Source: Candidatus Omnitrophota bacterium (GTDB taxonomy: Bacteria > Omnitrophota > Gorgyraeia > Zapsychrales > Fredricksoniimonadaceae). From it: a stretch of DNA of 64,000 bases. A program made the translations under genes and the position numbers. The stretch is from NCBI GenBank assembly GCA_028865345.1, contig JAGWKL010000004.1, forward strand, positions 8,457-72,456, in the 5' to 3' direction. This document shows positions 9,659-18,046 of this stretch, one piece after another. The number at the start of each line of letters is the position of its first letter. The stretch's first letter is position 1. The notes below the pieces were generated by a model. That model did not search any database. It worked only from the letters and a program-made list of their open reading frames with translations, and had not been told where the DNA came from.

Positions 9659-10402
9659 TTAAAACTCGTATTCCATGATCCATTTCAACTCCCCGCGGGG
9701 AGCGGCATCGGAGATGCCAAATAAATAGCCGATATTATAATTGATATGTCTGAATATGTGGCCGTAAAAACACGGGCCGATCTGATGGCTTTGTTGATTA
9801 TAATCTATCTGATGGGAGATGGCACTAAAATCGTTCCAATATTCAAAACCCGGCTCGAAATATCTAGACAGGCGATACCTTGTACTCCATGATATCCCGC
9901 CGTCGATATGGGAGTCTGCCCCGCCGCCGGCTTCCTTATTAATGCTGATGTTCAGGACATCGGAAACTTTTTGAAAATCCTTCTCCAGCAAAATCTTTGC
10001 TTCAAACTGCCCTGTCTGTTTATGGGTCACAGGCGCCTCATAAGCAAGATAAATACCGGGGTCAAGCCAATATTTTCCCCGGGGCGCCAGTTGAAAAATA
10101 TTTTCCCATTCCAAATGGGTGGTCTGGACCGATGAGATGGCCTCATCCGTCGGCACGGCTTCGGTCTCAAGCTCCAATTCCGTGTGCCAAAAACTATTGA
10201 CCCCGTAACCGATGGTATTCTTATATTCCTGCACCGCATTCTTGTTTTTGGCGTGGTCAAAATCGTACTGCCCGGTCGTTTCATATTCCCATTCCCCTGT
10301 TTCCGCGTAAGGCTGATAAACCAGCCTCTCGGCAAAAGCGGGACGGGCCCAAACAAAGATGCCGATAAAAGCAATGATGATCGGAATATATTTATTGAGC
10401 AT
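9659..10402 (-). CDS. Probable outer-membrane beta-barrel protein linked to metal uptake
   Basis: Signal peptide (ARPAFA), alternating aromatic strands, C-terminal MEYEF; start moved to ATG 10402. Confidence 0.65.
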   Translation of the reverse strand: MLNKYIPIIIAFIGIFVWARPAFAERLVYQPYAETGEWEYETTGQYDFDHAKNKNAVQEYKNTIGYGVNSFWHTELELETEAVPTDEAISSVQTTHLEWENIFQLAPRGKYWLDPGIYLAYEAPVTHKQTGQFEAKILLEKDFQKVSDVLNISINKEAGGGADSHIDGGISWSTRYRLSRYFEPGFEYWNDFSAISHQIDYNQQSHQIGPCFYGHIFRHINYNIGYLFGISDAAPRGELKWIMEYEF

Positions 10403-10727
10403 TGATGACCCCCCTGGAATCTTGATGATAATCCGCCCAGTAACCATATTTACCGGGCTTCAGCGGCCCGATATAAACCATGATCTTTTGACGGCCTTTG
10501 ACGACCTGCTCGCGGTCCAGGTCGAAACTTTCAAACTCTTCGGGAGTTGGGTCTTGATTATCGACCGTTATTTGCAGCTTCTTGGCGGCAGGGACGTTCA
10601 GCACCGGAGGGATAAATTGATGGTTTTTAATGACAATCGTGTCCGGCCGATCGGCGCCGGAGGATTGGGCCAGGCACAGGGTCGGACAACACACACAGAG
10701 ACCGAGAATTAATACGCTAGCTTTCAC
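10392..10727 (-). CDS. Periplasmic cupredoxin-domain protein (FtrB/EfeO Cup-like)
   Basis: Signal peptide from GTG 10727; F.P..L.VPA, EEFES, GPLKPGKY..W.DYH motifs. Confidence 0.85.
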   Translation of the reverse strand: MKASVLILGLCVCCPTLCLAQSSGADRPDTIVIKNHQFIPPVLNVPAAKKLQITVDNQDPTPEEFESFDLDREQVVKGRQKIMVYIGPLKPGKYGYWADYHQDSRGVINAQ

Positions 10728-10728
10728 C

Positions 10729-10950
10729 TTATTTGATTCCTTTCTCTTGGACAGGCCATTTCTTCCAATCTTCGCCCCAGCAACGGGAACAGTCTGAAAG
10801 CATCTCTTCAAAAGTCACCAGGCATATTTGCTTGCTGCGGGGGCATTTGAGTTCATAACCCTTGCCGGTCTTGATATAGAGAAGCTTACCAGCGTCGGAC
10901 CTTACTTCCGTGACCTTTTCTCCATTGCGGATGATGCATCTTTCTTTCAT
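10729..10950 (-). CDS. Small Cys-containing protein, degenerate Com-like zinc ribbon
   Basis: EVRSDAGKLL...ELKCPRSKQI follows the Com pattern E.RCxxCxKLL...EIKCPRC; first gene of operon. Confidence 0.6.
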   Translation of the reverse strand: MKERCIIRNGEKVTEVRSDAGKLLYIKTGKGYELKCPRSKQICLVTFEEMLSDCSRCWGEDWKKWPVQEKGIK

Positions 10951-10959
10951 GTCTCTTCG

Positions 10960-10999
10960 GAAGAAATAAAAAGCCCTTCTTCTTGATTAGAAAAGGGCT
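10960..10999 (-). terminator. Intrinsic terminator in the 5' leader (attenuator)
   Basis: Minus strand AGCCCTTTTCT-AATCA-AGAAGAAGGGCT followed by TTTTATTTCTT, between promoter and first gene. Confidence 0.75.
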
Positions 11000-11040
11000 C
11001 AGGATGCCTGGATCGCGCGCCTCTGTTGAATGTGCATAAT

Positions 11041-11086
11041 TAAGTCAACTAATGACTTAGTTTAGCGTGAAACTTTATTTTGTCAA
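11041..11086 (-). promoter_or_regulatory. Sigma70 promoter with overlapping 19-bp palindromic operator
   Basis: TTGACA(11086-11081)-16 nt-TAAACT(11064-11059); TAAGTCA-N5-TGACTTA at 11041-11059. Confidence 0.65.
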
Positions 11087-11105
11087 GAAAAAAACAACAG
11101 GGGGT

Positions 11106-11486
11106 TTACAAGCGGGCGAGCCACAATAAAATAATAGGGATGGCTGTTCCTAAAACCAAACAAACCCAGACGACCCAGGGCTTGGTGTACTTAAAAGCCA
11201 TCATGATGCCAAGCACAGTGGTCGTCAATAATCCTACAACCATCAAAAGGACCAAGTACCGGAAAGGGACTGAAGATTTCGGAACCTTTCGGCTGTCAAC
11301 CCACCGCTGATTCTTGTGGACCTGCGAAAGGGATTTAATGATCGCCGGCGGCTTATAGGTACCGTCGCGGCTTGGCACATGCAAACCGAAGGTCTGCCAG
11401 GCCCCGCTGATAAGGTAAAAGACGAGCAAGGGGGCAAAAAAAACACCAAGGTACAAATGGATATTGCGCATTTGCTTGATGTTCAT
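11106..11486 (-). CDS. PepSY-associated TM helix protein
   Basis: R.IHLYLGVFFAPLL.F...SG start, internal His, three TM segments. Confidence 0.7.
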   Translation of the reverse strand: MNIKQMRNIHLYLGVFFAPLLVFYLISGAWQTFGLHVPSRDGTYKPPAIIKSLSQVHKNQRWVDSRKVPKSSVPFRYLVLLMVVGLLTTTVLGIMMAFKYTKPWVVWVCLVLGTAIPIILLWLARL

Positions 11487-12772
11487 AACCTGACCACCTT
11501 TTTATCTTTCTTGCCCTTATAGATATTGCGCGTGTCAAAAATCAACCGCGCATTTTTGTAAATGAAGGCATAGTCCAACGCAGAATGGTCCACGGCCACC
11601 ACAACCACGTCATAACTTTTCAATTTCGCCGCCGTCAGGTCAATGGCTTTAAGGTCCAGCCCGTCCAGCTTCAAGAACGGGATCAGCGGATCGTAATAAT
11701 CCACCCTGGTTTGCTTTCTTAACAACTCAATGAGGCTTATGGCCGGCGATTTTCTTAAGTCTTTGACATCTTTCTTATACGTCACCCCCAAAACCAGGAC
11801 CCTGGCGGTTTTAAAGGGCTTATGCAGCAGTTTCTTCAACCGGTTGACGGCGAAAGCCGGCATGTCATGGTTGGTGTCCGCGGCGAGCTTGATGAATTTG
11901 CAACTGAAATTATAATGCTTGGCTTTCCAATATAAATACAGCGGGTCCTCGGGAATGCAGTGCCCCCCCACGCCCAAACCCGGATAAAACGGCATAAAGC
12001 CGAAGGGCTTGGTCTTGGCGGCATCGATGACCTCCCAAACATCAATGCCCGAGGCATGGCACATCTGAGCTATTTCATTGATCCACCCGATATTGACAAT
12101 ACGGAAAGAGTTTTCCAGCAATTTGGTCATTTCCGCGGCCTTGGGGCTTGACACCTGGTGCACATTCTTGATGATCTGCCGATAAAGCAGCCCGGAGAGT
12201 TCCGTGCAGGTTTCGGTCAAGCCCCCCACAACCTTGGGGATCCGCGTGACATCGAAACTCCTGTTGCCGGGGTCGATGCGTTCGGGGGAAAAAGCGACAT
12301 AAAAATCCCTGCCCGCCCTCAAACCGCTGTTTTCCAGCTGAGGCTTGATAAGCTCCTCCGTCGTCCCCGGATAGGTGGTGCTTTCCAGAACAATAAGCAT
12401 GTCCTTATGCAAATGCCGGGCTACGCTCTTGACCGCGCTGACTATATAGGAAATGTCCGGCGTGTATTTGCGTTTAAGGGGCGTGGGCACACAAATGATG
12501 ACGACATCGGCCTGGGACAACAAATCAAAATCCGTGGACACATCAAAAACTTTCTTGGCCGACATACGGGCGATCAACCGGCTTGGCACGTCGGTAATAT
12601 AGCTTTCCCCTCTTTTGATACGTTCCACCCTCTGTTTGTCCGTATCGATGCCGGAGGTTTTATAACCTTTTTGCGCAAAAGCCAGCGCCAGCGGCAGGCC
12701 GACATACCCCATACCAATGACCGCCACGTGGGCCTTTTTAGCGACGATCTTATTTTTGAGCTTTTTCGACAT
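11483..12772 (-). CDS. Nucleotide-sugar dehydrogenase (UDP-GlcNAc 6-dehydrogenase, WbpA/WecC family)
   Basis: GMGYVGLP, ICVPTP, ESTTYPGTT, SPERIDPG, KLLEN, GGHCIP. Confidence 0.93.
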   Translation of the reverse strand: MSKKLKNKIVAKKAHVAVIGMGYVGLPLALAFAQKGYKTSGIDTDKQRVERIKRGESYITDVPSRLIARMSAKKVFDVSTDFDLLSQADVVIICVPTPLKRKYTPDISYIVSAVKSVARHLHKDMLIVLESTTYPGTTEELIKPQLENSGLRAGRDFYVAFSPERIDPGNRSFDVTRIPKVVGGLTETCTELSGLLYRQIIKNVHQVSSPKAAEMTKLLENSFRIVNIGWINEIAQMCHASGIDVWEVIDAAKTKPFGFMPFYPGLGVGGHCIPEDPLYLYWKAKHYNFSCKFIKLAADTNHDMPAFAVNRLKKLLHKPFKTARVLVLGVTYKKDVKDLRKSPAISLIELLRKQTRVDYYDPLIPFLKLDGLDLKAIDLTAAKLKSYDVVVVAVDHSALDYAFIYKNARLIFDTRNIYKGKKDKKVVRL

Positions 12773-13103
12773 ATCCCAGGTTCTGTCCCTTCTTCTTGTA
12801 TTCCAAAACCGTCATTTTCTTGATCCACTCGACTTGACTGCTTTGGGGATAGTAGTAAGCGCGGATGTAATCTCCCTGGTGAAACCCTTCACCCTGTGAA
12901 AAATCAACGAGCCTGACCCGCCTGTTTCGATATTGATCATAGACCGTGGTGGTATTGCGCCCCACGGCCTGGACGGTGCCGGTGACCACGGCAAGGCCGT
13001 TGAGATAATAACCGTAATGACGGCCCGCAAAAACGCTCGCCTGCGCCTGTCCCATATAAATAAGAAAACCCAGGACCGTCAGCAAACCTATTTTCTTTCT
13101 CAT
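12750..13103 (-). CDS. Hypothetical exported protein
   Basis: Signal peptide MRKKIGLL...AQA; small beta-rich domain; overlaps next gene. Confidence 0.6.
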   Translation of the reverse strand: MRKKIGLLTVLGFLIYMGQAQASVFAGRHYGYYLNGLAVVTGTVQAVGRNTTTVYDQYRNRRVRLVDFSQGEGFHQGDYIRAYYYPQSSQVEWIKKMTVLEYKKKGQNLGYVEKAQK

Positions 13104-13213
13104 CTTCTATCTCTTGAAGAGATAAAATACCGCGAATTAAGGGCCTTGTCAACGTAAATGCCCAAGACATTTGTACGTCGTGTCGTTTGTTTTAGTAACG
13201 ATCATTTAATCTT

Positions 13214-13636
13214 TCATTGATGAGCGGCCCGAATCATCAAGATGGGGATATTGGTACGATGTCTTAATTCATCGGCAACACTGCCCAAGATCCAATCTTT
13301 CAGGGGGCCATGCCCGTGAGTGCTCATCGCCACCAGGTCACAGCCTTTCTCTTTGATCCACTTCATGATTTCATTCGACGGTTCGCCATAAGCCAGCTGG
13401 GCCTCGGCCGGGATTCCGGCGGACTGAAACTCCAACCGGACCCGGTTCAAATACGCGGTATCTTCGGTTATTTCGGGACCGACGGCATCCCGGCCAAAAG
13501 TCCGCGCGGCCCAACCATCGGCCACGTGCAGCAATATCACTTTGGATTGCATAAGCTTGGCAAGCTGTTTGATGTGTTCGATAATGGCGCGGTCACACGG
13601 CGTGCTATCCAACGTCACGAGAATGGTCTTATACAT
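13214..13636 (-). CDS. Universal stress protein
   Basis: MYKTILVTLDS, LLHV, DLVAMSTHGH...ILGSVA. Confidence 0.93.
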   Translation of the reverse strand: MYKTILVTLDSTPCDRAIIEHIKQLAKLMQSKVILLHVADGWAARTFGRDAVGPEITEDTAYLNRVRLEFQSAGIPAEAQLAYGEPSNEIMKWIKEKGCDLVAMSTHGHGPLKDWILGSVADELRHRTNIPILMIRAAHQ

Positions 13637-13657
13637 GTGTCATCTTTCCTTTCCGGT

Positions 13658-15082
13658 TTATCCGCCGGTGATGACTTGCCAGGCCTGTTTTAACGCATCA
13701 GGCAAGCCGTAGAAGTCAAAGGCCGTTATAAGCAGCGCCGAAGCCCACCCGGCGATGAGCAAAAACCAACCGGGCCGCCATTGCCCCATCCGCTTGCGGG
13801 AACCGGCAAGGTGCAGCAGAGGAAACATGGCAAACGGAAGCTGCAGGGCCAGCACCACCTGGCTTAAGACTATAAGGTCGTTGACGTTATTAGCCCCACG
13901 CACACCAACAAAGATAGCCGTAGGGATAATGGCCAGGGAACGGGTGATGAGCCGCCGCAGCCATGGGGCAATCTTCCAGCGCATGAAGCCCTCCATCACC
14001 ACCTGTCCTGCCATTGTACCAACAATGGTAGCACTTTGTCCGCTGGCCAGCAATGCAATGGCAAAAAACATGCTTGCAGCAGCGGTTCCCATCAGCGGCG
14101 CCAACGTCAGGTTGGCCGCCTGTATCCAATCTGTCGAATCATTAAACGCCACCACCCCTCCGCCCGGAACCGTGACACTGGTCTTACCGTAAAAAACAAT
14201 CGCGGCCAGCACCAAAATGGCGGCGTTGATCAGGAAGGCAACCGACAAATTGACACCGGTATCGATGGTGTTAAACCGGATTGCTCTTTTGATGGATTCA
14301 TCGTCTCTCTGGAATTTGCGGCTCTGGACCAAGGCAGGATGCAGATACAGCACATGCGGCATGACCGTTGCTCCGATGATGCCGATGGCCACATAAACCA
14401 TGCCGGGGGAACTCAACTTAAGACTGATCATGCCCCGGCCCATTTCCAGGAAGCTCGGCTGTGTCTGCGGCAGGACGAAAATCTCAATGAAGTAACAAAC
14501 GCCGATAGTTGCGACCAGCAACAGGACGATGGCTTCAATGGCCCGCATCCCAAACCGTTGCAATGCCAATAAAAGCAGGACGTCAGCGCCGGTGATGATG
14601 ACCCCCCAGAAAATGGGAATGTGGAACAACATGTTCAGCGCCACCGCACCACCCAGCACTTCAGCCAAATCGCAAGCTATAATGGCAATTTCCGCCATGA
14701 GCCAGTTTGGCACCCGTGTCCACTTGGGGTACCATTCATATAAGCATTGGGCCAAGTCGCGCCCGGTCGCGATCCCGAGCCGTGTGGCAATGACTTGGAG
14801 GAAAATGGCCATGATACTGGCCAAGGCCACCACCCACAAGAGCCCATATTTGAATTGTGCCCCGCCCTGCAGATCGGTGCCCCAATTGCCAGGGTCCATG
14901 TAGGCCACACTGACCAAAACTCCAGGGCCGAAATAGGCGAGCATTTGCTTCCAAAAACCGACATGCGACAATGGCACATTCACGCTACTGTGCATTCCTT
15001 CCAGAGACACGGCGCCAGGAGGCGGATTCGAAACGGAAGCTCCAAGAGGGTTCTTTGTTGATTGAGGATTTCCCATTGCCAC
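13658..15082 (-). CDS. mntH: NRAMP Mn2+/Fe2+ transporter MntH
   Basis: Canonical YMDPGN and GATVMPH.LYLH motifs, about 11 TM. Confidence 0.93.
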   Translation of the reverse strand: MAMGNPQSTKNPLGASVSNPPPGAVSLEGMHSSVNVPLSHVGFWKQMLAYFGPGVLVSVAYMDPGNWGTDLQGGAQFKYGLLWVVALASIMAIFLQVIATRLGIATGRDLAQCLYEWYPKWTRVPNWLMAEIAIIACDLAEVLGGAVALNMLFHIPIFWGVIITGADVLLLLALQRFGMRAIEAIVLLLVATIGVCYFIEIFVLPQTQPSFLEMGRGMISLKLSSPGMVYVAIGIIGATVMPHVLYLHPALVQSRKFQRDDESIKRAIRFNTIDTGVNLSVAFLINAAILVLAAIVFYGKTSVTVPGGGVVAFNDSTDWIQAANLTLAPLMGTAAASMFFAIALLASGQSATIVGTMAGQVVMEGFMRWKIAPWLRRLITRSLAIIPTAIFVGVRGANNVNDLIVLSQVVLALQLPFAMFPLLHLAGSRKRMGQWRPGWFLLIAGWASALLITAFDFYGLPDALKQAWQVITGG

Positions 15083-15112
15083 AGCCCTTCTGTTTCTATG
15101 TTTAAGTAAGAT

Positions 15113-15127
15113 TGATATACTGTCTCA
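15113..15127. promoter_or_regulatory. Fur-box-like operator upstream of mntH
   Basis: TGATA-TACTG-TCTCA matches the outer arms of the 15-bp Fur-family box; next to a Fur-family gene. Confidence 0.5.
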
Positions 15128-15145
15128 CTAATACTCTAAAAAAAT

Positions 15146-15607
15146 TTATTTCTGGCTTGACTGACAGTCTTTACATATGCCATAAAAATGCATTTCATGG
15201 CCCAAGATCTTGAATCCCTGCCTCTCTAAATAAGGGTGGTAAACATCTTCCTCTTCCTTGTCTGGGAATTCGATGAACCGATGGCAGCGCACGCATTGGG
15301 CATGGTGGTGCGGTTTTTCATCATAGACATGTTCAAAATGCCGGTGCTTATCCCCAAAGGCGGTTTCACGGATGATGCCGGCTTCCAATAGATCATGCAG
15401 CACACGGAAAACGGTCGGCCGGGAGACTTTCAACCTTTTGTGCAGGCACTCCTTCGCCAGTTCTTCAGCCGTAAAATGGCCGTGGGAGCGCATGACCTCG
15501 TTAAAAATGATTTCCCGGCCCTGACTGGTCCTGCGCCCCGACTTGGACAAATGGCGCAGGAATTTCAGGCGCTCATCCGTGACCGTTTTGGAGTCAGCCT
15601 TGCTCAT
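15146..15607 (-). CDS. fur: Fur family metalloregulator (Fur/Mur/PerR)
   Basis: H.TAEEL, VSRPTVFR.L, HHHAQCVRC, C-terminal GICKDC. Confidence 0.92.
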   Translation of the reverse strand: MSKADSKTVTDERLKFLRHLSKSGRRTSQGREIIFNEVMRSHGHFTAEELAKECLHKRLKVSRPTVFRVLHDLLEAGIIRETAFGDKHRHFEHVYDEKPHHHAQCVRCHRFIEFPDKEEEDVYHPYLERQGFKILGHEMHFYGICKDCQSSQK

Positions 15608-15671
15608 ATGATATAGTGTATCATTTAATGGCGGGAAGTCAAACTTTTGTAACTCTTTGTCACAAAAGGCC

Positions 15672-16463
15672 CTATTGCTTCGACTTCGTAAGGATTGTTA
15701 AGGATTTTTGTTTATAAAATTTTGTCACATCAAAAGCGGATACGTATTTAATGTGCGGCGCCCAGCGCATGGGAAACGCCAGATGGGTTTTCTTGAAACT
15801 GGCGGCATAAATGGGGTGTTGGGCATCCGTTTGGGACGCTTTGACGGTAAACCAAGCGTGGTCCAGCGATGTGGACTCGTCGGCGCCTACGTAACGCCAG
15901 CGACCATCCCAGATTTCCACCCACGTATGGTTACCGCTGCCATCCGGCCACATGGCAATCCCCGCGATCCTTGCGGGTATGCCTACGGAACGTAAAGCAT
16001 CGACCAGCAATATCGAAAGCCCCGTACATGAGGCCCAATGAGCCCGGATGGATTCATAGGGACTTTGATCGGGCTTGGGGCGTTTGGTGGCGCTATAGGC
16101 CACATGCAGGCTTTTAAAAACATATTTATTCAAGGCTAAGACCGCCCGGTCGATGGTCCTGCTCTTGACGGCTATTTTGATAAAACGCCGGTGAAAATCC
16201 CCCCGCCAGTCGTCCCGGCGTTCATTGAGGGAAGCATAAGGAAGGACGTCGTTGAGAAAAACAGCCCACGGGACTTCCCTGCCCCACGGAACTTCCTTCA
16301 TCGTTTGCAATGCCAGGCGGGTATTCTCGGCGAGAAAACTATTCTTTAAGGATTTTGAATCCTTAGGCGGCATGTTGGCCTTCAAGAACGCTACGGCCCG
16401 GCGCTCTTGGGAGCTCGTTTTTTCAGCCCATGCCCCGCAAACCAACATGGAACAAACGGTCAA
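15672..16463 (-). CDS. Transglutaminase-like domain protein
   Basis: ASCTGLSILLVDALRSVGIPAR...NHTWVE catalytic Cys/His pattern; start uncertain. Confidence 0.85.
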   Translation of the reverse strand: MTVCSMLVCGAWAEKTSSQERRAVAFLKANMPPKDSKSLKNSFLAENTRLALQTMKEVPWGREVPWAVFLNDVLPYASLNERRDDWRGDFHRRFIKIAVKSRTIDRAVLALNKYVFKSLHVAYSATKRPKPDQSPYESIRAHWASCTGLSILLVDALRSVGIPARIAGIAMWPDGSGNHTWVEIWDGRWRYVGADESTSLDHAWFTVKASQTDAQHPIYAASFKKTHLAFPMRWAPHIKYVSAFDVTKFYKQKSLTILTKSKQ

Positions 16464-16500
16464 GAGTATAAAGGACTGTAAAAGAAGTCTTTGAATGCTC

Positions 16501-17460
16501 TTATTTCAACCTTTCTGTCAATTGATACAGCAATCCATTGGCTATTTCCAGGCGGGGCAGCAGGAATTCCCTGGCCTTGATCCTGACGCTGGATTTTCCC
16601 CATCCCTTGTCCTGGATAGTGAAAACGACATCGCAGTTATAGACCTTGGCCCAAATATGATTGCGGTCCTTTTTTTTCACTCTTCCGTCGAGATCATGGA
16701 CCAGCTTTAAACTTTCCCCGTAGACCCTCTGAAATCCATCGTGCAGATCGGCGTGTGCAGAGTCCTGGGCCACGGCAATACCGAGGGCAAGGGCAGGCAG
16801 GAAGGTCGCCCCCAACACGGTCGTTGCCGCGTAAAGCCCGGCACTGCGCAGGGCCGTGGGCTTTAGGGCCTCCAAGAGGACGATCGTGACCAGTTTGGGA
16901 AGGCCGTTGATATTGCGGATCTTCAAATTTTTGACGCCGACATCATAGGCCGACACCCGTACCGGGGGCGCATGAGTATAATCCTCAACAATGACCTTCC
17001 CCAAATTAAGGTCGAGGGTGTCTATCTTAAAAACAGGCAGTTTCAGCGGCTTGCCCTTGCCCGCGGCCTGCTGTTCTTCGACGATCTTCAATGAATCCAC
17101 ATTCAGCTTGCCTTCTTTGTTCTTGATGATGATCACCTTGGCCATGTTAAAAATGACCCAGGGAAAATGCATTTTGCCTTTGAGCAGCGCCGGGATATCG
17201 GCATCCACCATCACTTCGGGCATGACCAAAAAGACCTGGTCAGGAAAACCCGGCGGGTTATAAAGCCGGAAATCCTTAATGATAATTTTATGGGTCAGCA
17301 GCCCTAAGGAAAAAGAACCCATTTCCACCTTGGCACCGATGATCTTGGGGGAAGCTATTTCAATGGCGGATTTGATGAGGACATCTTTGAGTTGGGACAA
17401 AATGAACACTGCGACTGCGAGGGCGAGAAACCAGCGTATGAAAAGCGGCCATGTTTTCAT
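16501..17460 (-). CDS. AsmA-family protein
   Basis: N-terminal TM, NPPGF motif, repeating beta strands. Confidence 0.7.
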   Translation of the reverse strand: MKTWPLFIRWFLALAVAVFILSQLKDVLIKSAIEIASPKIIGAKVEMGSFSLGLLTHKIIIKDFRLYNPPGFPDQVFLVMPEVMVDADIPALLKGKMHFPWVIFNMAKVIIIKNKEGKLNVDSLKIVEEQQAAGKGKPLKLPVFKIDTLDLNLGKVIVEDYTHAPPVRVSAYDVGVKNLKIRNINGLPKLVTIVLLEALKPTALRSAGLYAATTVLGATFLPALALGIAVAQDSAHADLHDGFQRVYGESLKLVHDLDGRVKKKDRNHIWAKVYNCDVVFTIQDKGWGKSSVRIKAREFLLPRLEIANGLLYQLTERLK

Positions 17461-17476
17461 GTTCTTTTAAAAATCA

Positions 17477-17513
17477 CGGGCGTCTCCCATGAATCAAACG
17501 GGAGACGCCCGTA
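17477..17513 (-). terminator. Hairpin / probable terminator
   Basis: 13-bp inverted repeat ACGGGCGTCTCCC...GGGAGACGCCCGT downstream of the DUF3332-like gene. Confidence 0.65.
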
Positions 17514-17518
17514 ATTTC

Positions 17519-18046
17519 TTACTGCTGAATATACTTTTGCTTCAATAATGCGATTTGACCGGCAGGATAATTTTTGACAAGCTTGCCGCTGCCGTTATAA
17601 ACAGCCACATCCCCGTTGTCACTCTGAACGGCGGAATAAAGGACCTGGCCTTTGTCATTCTTGGCGATGATGCCCTTGGGCGTGCGCTGGAAGATAAACC
17701 CGTGGTTATTCCCGAGCGCCACCTTCACCTCGTCCGTTTTGTCATTGTAACTCATCAGCATCTTCTGTTTGCCGTTTTGGACGAAACGGGTCTGAGGCGT
17801 GTTGAAAGACGTATCCACCGGATTTTTGCCTGTCCAGAACTCAATGGAGTTGAAGATAATGGCATCGGCAAAAATCGCCAAACTGTAAATAGGCGTTATG
17901 GACACCAATAAAAAACATAACTCATCAGACCATTTATCCGGCTGGGAACGGTGCCAACTATAAAGTTTATGTGTGAGGCTGAAGGAGCCTGTACAACCCG
18001 TGGTAAAGAATGCAAGGATCATTACCGATGCAACAATTTTCTTCAT
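17519..18046 (-). CDS. DUF3332-family lipoprotein
   Basis: Lipobox TTGC, GSF.LT, D.IIFNSIEFWTG.NP motif. Confidence 0.8.
   Translation of the reverse strand: MKKIVASVMILAFFTTGCTGSFSLTHKLYSWHRSQPDKWSDELCFLLVSITPIYSLAIFADAIIFNSIEFWTGKNPVDTSFNTPQTRFVQNGKQKMLMSYNDKTDEVKVALGNNHGFIFQRTPKGIIAKNDKGQVLYSAVQSDNGDVAVYNGSGKLVKNYPAGQIALLKQKYIQQ

Noticed and set aside
10995-11030. Lysine riboswitch (AGAGGCGC start)
   Set aside because: The leader is far too short, the other conserved elements are missing, and the gene context is metal transport
12158-12823. 221-aa plus-strand ORF
   Set aside because: Antisense to the nucleotide-sugar dehydrogenase
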